Of a stretch of DNA of 37,693 nucleotides, positions 27,217 to 35,353 are shown piece after piece. The position numbers were made by a program, and so were the translations under genes. Position 1 is the stretch's first letter; every line of letters begins with the position of its first letter. This stretch comes from a virus (lineage: Duplodnaviria; Caudoviricetes), in IMG/VR virus record IMGVR_UViG_3300043394_000191, positions 1 to 37,693 of that record; one strand, given 5' to 3'. Below the pieces are notes generated by a model. The model was not told the DNA's origin and did not search any database. It was given only the letters and a program-made list of their open reading frames with translations.

Positions 27217-27217
27217 T

Positions 27218-27412
27218 ATGTTCGGCATCAATGAGCTATACGAAGCTGCACTAGAAGAGCTAGCAGGATCAAGAATAGGCCACCTATCTGATGGCATGTG
27301 GGCAACAACAGACAATCAAAAGTTTTACTCTCGGCGCATGGCAGTAACCGCGCAGATAGAGATAGAGCGGAATTTATTAATTAATCGGGTGATGGGTGGA
27401 AGTGATGAGTGA
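27218..27412 (+). CDS. Hypothetical protein
   Basis: 64 aa, tightly packed with neighbours. Confidence 0.6.
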   Translation: MFGINELYEAALEELAGSRIGHLSDGMWATTDNQKFYSRRMAVTAQIEIERNLLINRVMGGSDE

Positions 27413-27587
27413 TTTAAATTCACAGATTGCAGAAATAGCCTGCAATTACAATGTTATTGAGTTTGTTAATGGGCAAAAAGATTGCCGTGATGGGATTGCC
27501 CACAAGGACGGTAAAGGTGATAGCTATGACCGTGGATATGCGTGTCAATATGAATTAGAGCAACAACAATCAAGAGGATTTAACTAA
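27405..27587 (+). CDS. Hypothetical phage protein
   Basis: GQKDCRDG..H....SYDRGY. TAATG coupling to the ATPase. Confidence 0.65.
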   Translation: MSDLNSQIAEIACNYNVIEFVNGQKDCRDGIAHKDGKGDSYDRGYACQYELEQQQSRGFN

Positions 27588-28549
27588 TGCAATTTTCAAA
27601 GGCTGTGCGCAAAAAATCAAAACTACGTCTAGCATTAACTGGCCCAAGTGGCTCAGGGAAAACATACAGCGCATTATTAATTGCTAAAGGTCTTGGCGGA
27701 AAGATTGCGGTAATTGATACCGAAAATGGCAGCGCCTCGCTTTACTCTGATATTTGCGAATTCGACACTCTTGAGCTTGCGCCACCATACTCACCAGAGC
27801 GCTACATTGCTGCCATAAGAGCAGCGTCTGATGCTGGATATGATGTTCTTGTTATCGACTCAACTACGCACGAATGGAGCGGGTCTGGCGGATGTTTGGA
27901 GATTAACGAAAGCACGGCGCAAGTAAAGTATCGTGGAAATACATGGTCTGCATGGAATGAAACAACCCCGCGCCACAGAAAGTTTATTGATTCTATGCTT
28001 CAGTCAAGCATGCACATTATTGCAACCGGCAGAAGCAAGACCGAAACAAGCCAAGAAGATACCGGCAATGGGAAAAAGAAGGTAGTTAAGCTTGGCATGA
28101 AAACAGAGCAGCGTGATGGCTTTGAATATGAATTTACATGCGTGCTGGACATAATGCACGAAAATCATTACGCAGTAGCATCTAAGGATCGTACTGGGAT
28201 ATTTGGCAATCAACCGCTAGTTATAAATGAAAATGTCGGCACAGTCTTACGCAAATGGCTTGATAGTGGAGCTGAGCCAAAAATAGATACGGAACCACAA
28301 GATCAGGCCATACAGCAAGAATCTTATGAAGCGGCATGTGAAAGACTAGCTGAATTTATCAGCGAAATAAAAATAGGCATAAACAAGGCTGACTATGAGC
28401 GAGCAGCATATTCGTGGTCATCTTTATCTGAAGAAGACAAAATGACGCTGTGGAAAGCTCCAAGCAAAGGCGGATGCTTTACAACTGAAGAAAGAACCAT
28501 CATGAAATCGCCTGAATTCCGTCAAGCATATCAACCAGCGCAGGCTTAA
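27587..28549 (+). CDS. AAA_24 / Sak4-like P-loop ATPase (single-strand annealing recombinase family)
   Basis: Walker A GPSGSGKT, IAVIDTE, Walker B VLVIDS, EQRDGFEYEF, ASKDRT. Confidence 0.85.
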   Translation: MQFSKAVRKKSKLRLALTGPSGSGKTYSALLIAKGLGGKIAVIDTENGSASLYSDICEFDTLELAPPYSPERYIAAIRAASDAGYDVLVIDSTTHEWSGSGGCLEINESTAQVKYRGNTWSAWNETTPRHRKFIDSMLQSSMHIIATGRSKTETSQEDTGNGKKKVVKLGMKTEQRDGFEYEFTCVLDIMHENHYAVASKDRTGIFGNQPLVINENVGTVLRKWLDSGAEPKIDTEPQDQAIQQESYEAACERLAEFISEIKIGINKADYERAAYSWSSLSEEDKMTLWKAPSKGGCFTTEERTIMKSPEFRQAYQPAQA

Positions 28550-28551
28550 TC

Positions 28552-28833
28552 ATGGAACGAGAAAAAGGCAGCACAACAGACGAGCAGTTCAAGGCTGTAA
28601 TCGCTGACATACGCAAGCGAGAGCAGCTTATACACGAGATAGAAATGGCTAGTAAAGAAATAAAGTTATTGATGGCAAAGCGTCAATATTTGCGAACTGA
28701 ATCGCGCAAGCTAAAAAACTCAAACATAGCCCATAACACTGGGCTTACTAAGGGTATTGTCGATAACATATCGCGCTGCAAGTACAAGCGAATAGCGAAG
28801 TTAGACCCTGAGTTTTACGATAGATCAAAGTGA
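28552..28833 (+). CDS. Hypothetical protein with coiled coil and C-terminal HTH-like segment
   Basis: NSNIAHNTGLTKGIVDNISR. Confidence 0.6.
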   Translation: MEREKGSTTDEQFKAVIADIRKREQLIHEIEMASKEIKLLMAKRQYLRTESRKLKNSNIAHNTGLTKGIVDNISRCKYKRIAKLDPEFYDRSK

Positions 28834-28904
28834 TCTTTACACTTCTTAACAAATCTTAATATTGCTAAACATTCAAAATGCTATCTTAAATCACATTAAA
28901 CATT

Positions 28905-29135
28905 TTGGAGCAAAGAATGGATCTACTAAAGGTAAAGCCAGCCACTCAGCTAATAGGCGGCATTCAAATACAATGCTATGGAATTTACTGCGGAAATGAG
29001 CTTGTTAGAAAGATTAGCGCTTTTGATTATACAAAAACCATTAAAATGATCAACAAAGCAAATAATGTAATACACGATCAAATACTTGATCTTGTGAATA
29101 GCAAAAAGAAACTTAAAAAGGATTCGGCAAAATGA
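28905..29135 (+). CDS. Hypothetical protein
   Basis: ORF (likely ATG at 28917 after GGAG). ATGA overlap with the next gene. Confidence 0.55.
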   Translation: MEQRMDLLKVKPATQLIGGIQIQCYGIYCGNELVRKISAFDYTKTIKMINKANNVIHDQILDLVNSKKKLKKDSAK

Positions 29136-29335
29136 ACTTTAAAGAACAAGTTATTCTTGCAAATAAGCTACACAAGCAAAAACAAGAGCGTGAGCAGTTT
29201 GAGGATTTAATACCGTGCGAAGTTAGATTTGAGGATGATTTCAATTCAATATTTCGCGATGATGAAAAATTTATGCCACAAATAAAAATAGATCAACACC
29301 ACGAACACGGTGTAAAACCCAGTGACTTTTGTTAG
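29132..29335 (+). CDS. Hypothetical protein
   Basis: 67-aa ORF. Confidence 0.6.
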   Translation: MNFKEQVILANKLHKQKQEREQFEDLIPCEVRFEDDFNSIFRDDEKFMPQIKIDQHHEHGVKPSDFC

Positions 29336-29345
29336 GAGTAAGAAA

Positions 29346-29570
29346 ATGAAAATACTATTCTGGTTATTCTGCGCATGCTGTGTGTGTTTATACGTAGCTG
29401 CATTTGAGTTGATAGCTGAGAAAACAACAGGCGGCGTTTTTTTGTGGGCGGCTATCGGATCTATGATTGCGGGAACTTTGGTGATTCGAGGATGCGAGAT
29501 TCTGATAGAGAGCTTCACGAGACCAAAGTATTCGCACATCAAGATTGGTGAGCCGGTCTGGCGTAGGTAG
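29346..29570 (+). CDS. Small membrane protein (2 TM)
   Basis: AGGAG RBS then MKILFWLFCACCVCL. Confidence 0.6.
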   Translation: MKILFWLFCACCVCLYVAAFELIAEKTTGGVFLWAAIGSMIAGTLVIRGCEILIESFTRPKYSHIKIGEPVWRR

Positions 29571-29576
29571 GAATTG

Positions 29577-29596
29577 TCTGCAACGAATTGTTATGA
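29577..29596 (-). repeat. Truncated attC (R'' and L'' half only)
   Basis: Minus strand TCATAAC-AATTC-GTTGCAGA. No matching L'/R' arm found. Confidence 0.6.
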
Positions 29597-29620
29597 CCAA
29601 TTAATACGGAGTGAGATGCT

Positions 29621-29809
29621 ATGACTGAAGATGAATTCATAGATGAGTATGCTAAAAACTCAGGAATGAGTGTTCATGAAATTTTAAAGGATATGATTTG
29701 CCTACCTTGCGGGTGCGGTGATGTATGTTGCAGGGGTTTTGCTATGGTTCAAAATACACCAAGAGCAATAGAGACGCACAACCTGTTTTATGGGATATGT
29801 GAGTCATAA
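29621..29809 (+). CDS. Cassette R3 Cys-rich hypothetical protein
   Basis: 62 aa, LPCGCGDVCCRGFAMV. GGAGTG RBS. Stop lies in TAAC. Confidence 0.75.
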   Translation: MTEDEFIDEYAKNSGMSVHEILKDMICLPCGCGDVCCRGFAMVQNTPRAIETHNLFYGICES

Positions 29810-29888
29810 CGCCGAGATTTGCGGCGCGCTGCACGATACAACTACTGGGCGCGATATATGACGCGTCCGCAACATTGACTTGTTATGC
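29804..29888 (-). repeat. attC site R2 (85 bp)
   Basis: Minus strand GCATAAC-AAGTC-AATGTTGCGGACGCG...CGCGCCGCAAATC-TCGGC-GTTATGA. Confidence 0.88.
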
Positions 29889-29914
29889 ACACATTTACGA
29901 TAGGAAACTGAATT

Positions 29915-30118
29915 ATGAAAATGCCACAGAACGACCTTAGCTCAAGAGTCAATGAAATGCACTACTTTAATGCTGGGACAAAGGTGATTGAATCATTGGA
30001 CAATTACAAAACAGTCAGAACAGTTGTTTCTGTCGGTGGTCTTTTTAAGGATGACCACATACAGTTAGATGATAAAAATTCCCCTTGGATGATTGCCGGT
30101 CATTACGAAAGAGCATAA
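29915..30118 (+). CDS. Cassette R2 hypothetical protein
   Basis: 67 aa, AGGA RBS. Stop lies in TAAC. Confidence 0.7.
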   Translation: MKMPQNDLSSRVNEMHYFNAGTKVIESLDNYKTVRTVVSVGGLFKDDHIQLDDKNSPWMIAGHYERA

Positions 30119-30160
30119 CGCCAAGTTCAGCGGCTTGTCCGCTGCAACGACTTGTTATGA
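30113..30160 (-). repeat. attC site R1 (48 bp, minimal)
   Basis: Minus strand TCATAAC-AAGTC-GTTGCAGC-GGACAAGCC-GCTGAAC-TTGGC-GTTATGC. Confidence 0.9.
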
Positions 30161-30185
30161 CAAATTGACGAAGCGAGAAACTAAA

Positions 30186-30401
30186 ATGGTAGAAAAGATG
30201 GAAGTTGAGTGGGTTGAGATTGATAGTGCGGAAGATGTGGAAAATGTGCTTGTTGGTGATGAGCTTATTCTATGGGATGGCTGCGACTTTGCAATTGACT
30301 ACGTAGAAACAGAGGTGGAGTTTGGCACTTCATTCTTTGCGAATGGGACGGAAGCAACACATTATTTGCGTGGACTTAAACCGCCAAACGAGAAGTCATA
30401 A
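30186..30401 (+). CDS. Cassette R1 acidic hypothetical protein
   Basis: MVEKMEVEWVEI...ATHYLRGLKPP. Stop lies in TAAC. The ORF-track extension to 30093 runs through the attC. Confidence 0.7.
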   Translation: MVEKMEVEWVEIDSAEDVENVLVGDELILWDGCDFAIDYVETEVEFGTSFFANGTEATHYLRGLKPPNEKS

Positions 30402-30514
30402 CAGCGGAATATGCGGCCTGACCCGCAAAACTCCAAATTTAAGCCTGAAATTTAATAAATAAATCAAAGGTTTAAAAGTTGGCATGATACTTTCGCGGTT
30501 AGGCCGTATATCCA
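30396..30514 (-). other. Right array anchor: attI-position palindromic element with IHF-consensus site
   Basis: Core GTTATGA (minus, 30402-30396). Arms GGAATATGCGGCCTGACCCGCAAAA and TTTCGCGGTTAGGCCGTATATCC. AATCAAAGGTTTA at 30462-30474. Confidence 0.6.
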
Positions 30515-30519
30515 CAGTT

Positions 30520-31008
30520 TTATTTAGGCTGGCAGTAATCAGGGCGAGAGCGTGCGATCAACTCGCGCTGCATCGCGACGTAATTAACTTCGACTATTCC
30601 GATTTGCTCGATGAGATGTAGATAATCTTGCTCAAGCTGTCGCGTATTGGGGGCATTGGCTTCAGAAGTTCTTGATCCACTGGCGGTGGAACTGGGCACT
30701 GTGTTGGGACAGTAGTTGCGCACGACGACACCGCAAGTGCGATTATTAATGCAATCAGTAAGCTTTTTAAATTCCGCATATTTTGCCTCGTGCTCTTTTG
30801 CTGTTTGTTGCTCTCGGTAATTAGCTTCAATAATTAACTTGCGCTCTTTCGCTATCAGTTCCTCGCCTGCTTTGATCTGAGCTTGTTTTAGCTCAAGCTT
30901 CACACTTAACTTACCATTTTTCTGCACTTGCTTGTAGAGGCCAAATGAGGCCAATCCAAGCAATGCAGTTAATACGGCGATGGCGATTAATAGATTTTTG
31001 CTCATCAC
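30520..31008 (-). CDS. Rz: Rz-like inner-membrane spanin
   Basis: N-terminal TM, coiled coil, EQDYLHL. Contains an embedded lipoprotein ORF. Confidence 0.85.
   Translation of the reverse strand: MMSKNLLIAIAVLTALLGLASFGLYKQVQKNGKLSVKLELKQAQIKAGEELIAKERKLIIEANYREQQTAKEHEAKYAEFKKLTDCINNRTCGVVVRNYCPNTVPSSTASGSRTSEANAPNTRQLEQDYLHLIEQIGIVEVNYVAMQRELIARSRPDYCQPK
30594..30779 (-). CDS. Rz1: Rz1-like outer-membrane lipoprotein spanin (embedded)
   Basis: MRNLKSLLIALIIALAVSSC lipobox followed by Pro-rich CPVPPPVDQELLKPMPP, in an alternative frame. Confidence 0.85.
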   Translation of the reverse strand: MRNLKSLLIALIIALAVSSCATTVPTQCPVPPPVDQELLKPMPPIRDSLSKIIYISSSKSE

Positions 31009-32324
31009 GCCTCCGTTAAAGTCATTGAGAAATTTTCAGCGGTTATAGGATTTGCACCAGTTTCATTTGTTCCCCAAAGCTCAATGTAATCGCCGTATGA
31101 AAATCTAGCTGCACCACTTCCAGAGATGTTTTCGCTTCTTCCAGATCCGTTTGCAGTTGATTTAAGCTTAGGGCTTAATAGTGAGCTTGTGTTGGTAGCC
31201 AATGTATATTTATTGGGCTTGAAAGAGCAGACGTTATTATTACCACTGACGAATGTGACCGAAAAATCAATGTGGAATATTTTTGAAATTGCTGCAATAT
31301 ATGTTGCTCTGTTCCCGCTAATTTGAAATCCAGAATTAACATCTATAACCGATGTTGATCCTGCTAATTTGTAATATGTACCCTGAACCGTTATTGTTGT
31401 TGCGCTGGCGTTATCTTCGGCATAATAGCCGCCAACACGCGATGTATTAGTTATGCCATCGCCTCTACATTCTGAAAATCTATGCTTTAAACTATCAAGG
31501 TCAGCGGGGTTTATCCCAAGTAAATATGTTCCGCCACCACTAAAATTAACAGTATCAGCAATATATGAATCATCTGGAATAGTTATTGTTTCTGGTACAT
31601 CTATTCCAGCTGCGCTAGAGGATACAACGATGGCTGTATCTGTAAGTCTTATCCTTCTTGTTATTACGCAATCCGACGCAAATGCAATAGCTTTTTTGCC
31701 TGCGCCGCTCAAGTTATAGAATGAATCAGTTGTTGCAAAAGTTCCTATTGTCCCAGATACCTCAATTCCATTTTGATTGTCTAAAACTCCGATATTCATT
31801 AAAACAACATTGCCTAAATCCTTTAATTTTGCTGATTTTCCACCTTTGAAATTTACACCGTCCCAGTCAGCCACCGCAAGTGGGTTTCCAATTCCGTCAA
31901 TATCAACACCGTAACAATCAGCAGGCGGGTTTAGCGTAACGGTTCTAAGATTTAATATTCCAGTGCTTGATATAAGCGACTCACCAGCAGCTAGACCCGT
32001 AGATGTTATATAGGTTGTCTCTGCATTAGCTCCAGTCACGGCCAGCAATCCACTTGACTCTATTCTATTCCCCGCTAAATCAATATTACACACAGGAAAT
32101 AGCGTAACACCATCGGGTATTGTTATAACCCCAGACGATGGCGCCCACGGTAGTTGAGTGTAATCACTAAAGAAATACACACCAAGAGCATCGGCATCAG
32201 TAACGCTAAACGTGCTAGCCGCTCTAGCCCCAGTGGTAAACATTGCGCGCAACTGATTTATATCGGATGCGGTATATTTCTGACCAACATTATCCGTTTT
32301 CTGAGATACATCGTACCTAGACAT
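31005..32324 (-). CDS. Putative virion protein with beta-helix-like body and C-terminal jelly-roll-like domain
   Basis: 439 aa, G/S/T/N-rich. N-terminal KYTASDINQLR, C-terminal GDYIELW..N. Confidence 0.55.
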   Translation of the reverse strand: MSRYDVSQKTDNVGQKYTASDINQLRAMFTTGARAASTFSVTDADALGVYFFSDYTQLPWAPSSGVITIPDGVTLFPVCNIDLAGNRIESSGLLAVTGANAETTYITSTGLAAGESLISSTGILNLRTVTLNPPADCYGVDIDGIGNPLAVADWDGVNFKGGKSAKLKDLGNVVLMNIGVLDNQNGIEVSGTIGTFATTDSFYNLSGAGKKAIAFASDCVITRRIRLTDTAIVVSSSAAGIDVPETITIPDDSYIADTVNFSGGGTYLLGINPADLDSLKHRFSECRGDGITNTSRVGGYYAEDNASATTITVQGTYYKLAGSTSVIDVNSGFQISGNRATYIAAISKIFHIDFSVTFVSGNNNVCSFKPNKYTLATNTSSLLSPKLKSTANGSGRSENISGSGAARFSYGDYIELWGTNETGANPITAENFSMTLTEA

Positions 32325-32325
32325 T

Positions 32326-33642
32326 TTAGAATCCTATAGTGAACGGGATGTTGTAGGGTATGCCGCCAATTATCTCAGCGCCCATTGCGAGGCCGCGAGC
32401 TGTAATACCTACAGCAGTTAATCCGGCAGCCGTTAAACCCACGGCAGTCAGTCCGCGATTAACCACAGCACCCTCAGCGCTTATCGTGAAGCCGTAGATG
32501 TACATAACACCTGTGCTACGCTTCCAGTGCATGATGATTGTGTATATTGCCGCTGCAACTTCAATTCCACCATTAGCCGTAGTCGATATTACCTCGGCAG
32601 TATTTGTTATCATCAAGTCATCAGTAAGTGGCGTGACATCAAAATTAGCTGTCGGATACTGAAGATTAACAATCTCAGGATCAACTAGCGATGTAACAGT
32701 CCAGCCAGTCAATACAAACGATTTCGCTAGAGTGGCAGATTCGGTCGCACCGCTGATAACAACGTCCTGATTTACACCTATCTCAGGATAAACCTCTAAA
32801 TGCACTGGCGGTGGTACGGTGAAAGTACCATCTCCACCTGTCTCACTAACATCCGTACACTCAAGTCCACCCACGGTCACATCGGTAATGTCTTCAGTGA
32901 ATCCAGTAGTTGTGAACGTATTCCCAGAGGTGTCGCCGCTTACTGGATCACCGCTGTTAATGTCGGTGATTGTTTGAGTAGGAAACGGGGTATCTGTATC
33001 CAGCGAAGGAGATCCGACAAATGTCATTGTCGTTCCGGCATCGGTCAACATTGTTGTTGCTGTACCAGTGCCGTTGATTATTAGATAGTCAACAAGCCCA
33101 TCAGGTACGTCATCAGGATGCGCGCCGGCTTGGTATGAATTAATCTGAGCCGTGGTTAAAACTGTGTTGTATAACGCAAAACCGCCAATTTTCACATTTG
33201 CGAGATCAGTATATGTCGATCCACCCGCCACTCGACGGGCGCCGATGATGAAACGCAGAAGCTCGAAATCCTGATTTATTAGCGTCGATGGTGACACATC
33301 GGTAGAGTTCAAAGCAGAGGGGCTGGCTATAGCTGTGCCGCTGTTTGCTCTTGTAAATACAGCTACGTTCCATTCATCAGCAATTGGGCTGCCAAGGGCG
33401 TGGTGCGTTTCAGTAGACGCCCTGACAACAGATATTTGACCAGATGAATTCCCGCGATAGCAGATACCTGTGTACCGCGTTGATCCGCCAGCGTTTTGAT
33501 CCATTCCCGCCAAAAATTGCTGAGTTGAACCAGTTGCACCCTTGAACCAAACAACTAGTCCGCAATCCTTTGTCCTGTGCAAATACCCAAAGTTAGGAAG
33601 TGTTGCATATTTCGTGTTGGTTCCGTCAAAAATTACACTCAT
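32326..33642 (-). CDS. LamG / concanavalin-A-like domain protein (putative adhesin or structural protein)
   Basis: SVIFDGT..Y, VWFK, WNVAVFT, IIGAR, IGGFALYNTVLTTAQI. Confidence 0.7.
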   Translation of the reverse strand: MSVIFDGTNTKYATLPNFGYLHRTKDCGLVVWFKGATGSTQQFLAGMDQNAGGSTRYTGICYRGNSSGQISVVRASTETHHALGSPIADEWNVAVFTRANSGTAIASPSALNSTDVSPSTLINQDFELLRFIIGARRVAGGSTYTDLANVKIGGFALYNTVLTTAQINSYQAGAHPDDVPDGLVDYLIINGTGTATTMLTDAGTTMTFVGSPSLDTDTPFPTQTITDINSGDPVSGDTSGNTFTTTGFTEDITDVTVGGLECTDVSETGGDGTFTVPPPVHLEVYPEIGVNQDVVISGATESATLAKSFVLTGWTVTSLVDPEIVNLQYPTANFDVTPLTDDLMITNTAEVISTTANGGIEVAAAIYTIIMHWKRSTGVMYIYGFTISAEGAVVNRGLTAVGLTAAGLTAVGITARGLAMGAEIIGGIPYNIPFTIGF

Positions 33643-34943
33643 TATGCCGCCCTCACTAATATGCCGTTGGAATTATATACGCCGTCTTTATTGACGATGT
33701 AAGCATATAGCGCGCCGGTTGGAAATTGACCATCCTGAGCGACGAAGCTAATACTGTTATTAGTTCTTGCTGTGATCTTACACCGGTGCGTTTTTGTGTG
33801 ATCACAAGTTGCCCACGTCGAAGCATCTCCAATCACGATACCCTCTCTTGAGTTTTTAACGTAAAAATACGCTACATCGACAATGGTTTCTTGCTCACCT
33901 GCGCGGTGGAAGTACGGCAATGAAACACGCTGCAACAAATCGCCCGCACTAGATGTGATGTGGTTGGTTATACCTTCCCCACGGAACTCAGTAGCCGCAA
34001 CGGTTGCATTAGGTGATCCGAAGTGCCCGCCACTTGCTGGGGGTACTGGCGAACCGGAAAAAGTGAATGTGTTATCTGCGCCGATTTTTACAAATCGCTC
34101 GCCCGTAGCGGTATCAAGCTGCCCCTTCTTAATGTAAAGAACGTACTTTGCCCACTCACTGTTTGATGGGTTGGTGCCAAACCAGCCAGACGATCCACCA
34201 ATCGACGGTCGAGACTCTACAACGCAGTCCGTAATTTCTATTGTTGATGAGATACTAAGTGGCGTGTTTCCGCTGGCCTGCATTGATGTCTCGCCAGTCC
34301 CCGGGAATATGCGGAAAGCTTTGACCTGAGCGCCGTCAAACGGCGCCCAAAATGCAGTTTCACCTACAGATGGTGATGTCTGCGGAGTATTTCCTATATT
34401 TCCGTCAACTTTTGATTTAAATCTTTGCGAGCCAACCGTTACCGCATCACCTGTGTCGTATGTTGTCCCTGCGTCGTATGGGGTTGTCGGAGTGTCAAAA
34501 AACACCTTGTTAATGCGACAAAACGCCTCCATGTAAACTTCAGTCTGACCTGTGGCAAACTCATAGTGAACGTGCTGGAATTGCTCTTGTATTGCGTGTG
34601 AGCGCAAGACCCTAGAGCCAAATGGATTGCTAACAGATTGAACAGTAAAATCTGCCCCGCCGCCAGACCAGTAATACATGCCACTTGCGCGAGCATTAAG
34701 CGACTCTTCAGTGAAATCCTTATACACTTCGACGGCGTTTTCATCGGCGGAGAAGTTGGTGCCGACTATGGTTATGCTATTGCCGTCAACAAATGTGCCA
34801 GAGTAGCTTGAAGGCACTGGTGGATCACCCTCTATCCATCCTGTTACAAGCTCATAGCCACTCTCTAAATTGCCTTCGAGATTTTCCGGCAGCGTTATCG
34901 CCTTTTGTGCGCCTGCTACAATTGAATCCAATACTGTTGCCAT
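33642..34943 (-). CDS. Putative carbohydrate-binding structural protein with an inserted CBM5/12-like module
   Basis: DGNSITIVGTNF (IPT-like) and YDAGTTYDTGDAVTVGSQRFKSKVDGNIGNTP...W. Confidence 0.55.
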   Translation of the reverse strand: MATVLDSIVAGAQKAITLPENLEGNLESGYELVTGWIEGDPPVPSSYSGTFVDGNSITIVGTNFSADENAVEVYKDFTEESLNARASGMYYWSGGGADFTVQSVSNPFGSRVLRSHAIQEQFQHVHYEFATGQTEVYMEAFCRINKVFFDTPTTPYDAGTTYDTGDAVTVGSQRFKSKVDGNIGNTPQTSPSVGETAFWAPFDGAQVKAFRIFPGTGETSMQASGNTPLSISSTIEITDCVVESRPSIGGSSGWFGTNPSNSEWAKYVLYIKKGQLDTATGERFVKIGADNTFTFSGSPVPPASGGHFGSPNATVAATEFRGEGITNHITSSAGDLLQRVSLPYFHRAGEQETIVDVAYFYVKNSREGIVIGDASTWATCDHTKTHRCKITARTNNSISFVAQDGQFPTGALYAYIVNKDGVYNSNGILVRAA

Positions 34944-34951
34944 GTGCGCCT

Positions 34952-35353
34952 CTATTTATTCACAAGTTGAACGTGTGGCATATCTACAAAACCTTTCCAC
35001 AATCCGCCCCAGTTTAATTTATAGCCAAGCATAGAAGCCGACTGAAGAAAAGCCGCAGCAACGATTGCAAGATGCTCTCGATCCCAGCTTGCTTTTCCGT
35101 CTACGAAAGCGTAGAAATCCAGAGCTAGGCCGGACTGGTGCTCTGATTTTTTGTTGAAGCCATCGCATTTTGACTTTCCAGCTTTGAATAGCTCAAATTG
35201 GCGCTCAGCAGTTCTAACCCCACCATCCTGCGGGATCCCAAAATCAATTGGGCTAATTGTAATTGCCATTTCTGCAATGGAGATAAGGCGACGATCAACG
35301 CCTTCCATATTTGTGCGAGACTTATCAGATAGGCTAAACGTCATTATCATCAC
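34952..35353 (-). CDS. Endolysin, peptidase M15 family (L-Ala-D-Glu peptidase-like)
   Basis: GVRTAERQ, SEHQSGLALDF, WGGLW..FVDMPHVQL. Confidence 0.92.
   Translation of the reverse strand: MMIMTFSLSDKSRTNMEGVDRRLISIAEMAITISPIDFGIPQDGGVRTAERQFELFKAGKSKCDGFNKKSEHQSGLALDFYAFVDGKASWDREHLAIVAAAFLQSASMLGYKLNWGGLWKGFVDMPHVQLVNK

Larger units (their letters stand above)
29577..30402 (-). mobile_element. Integron-type gene cassette array, right (3 cassettes, genes antisense to attC)
   Basis: Two complete attC plus one half site. Cores are complementary within each cassette. Confidence 0.85.
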
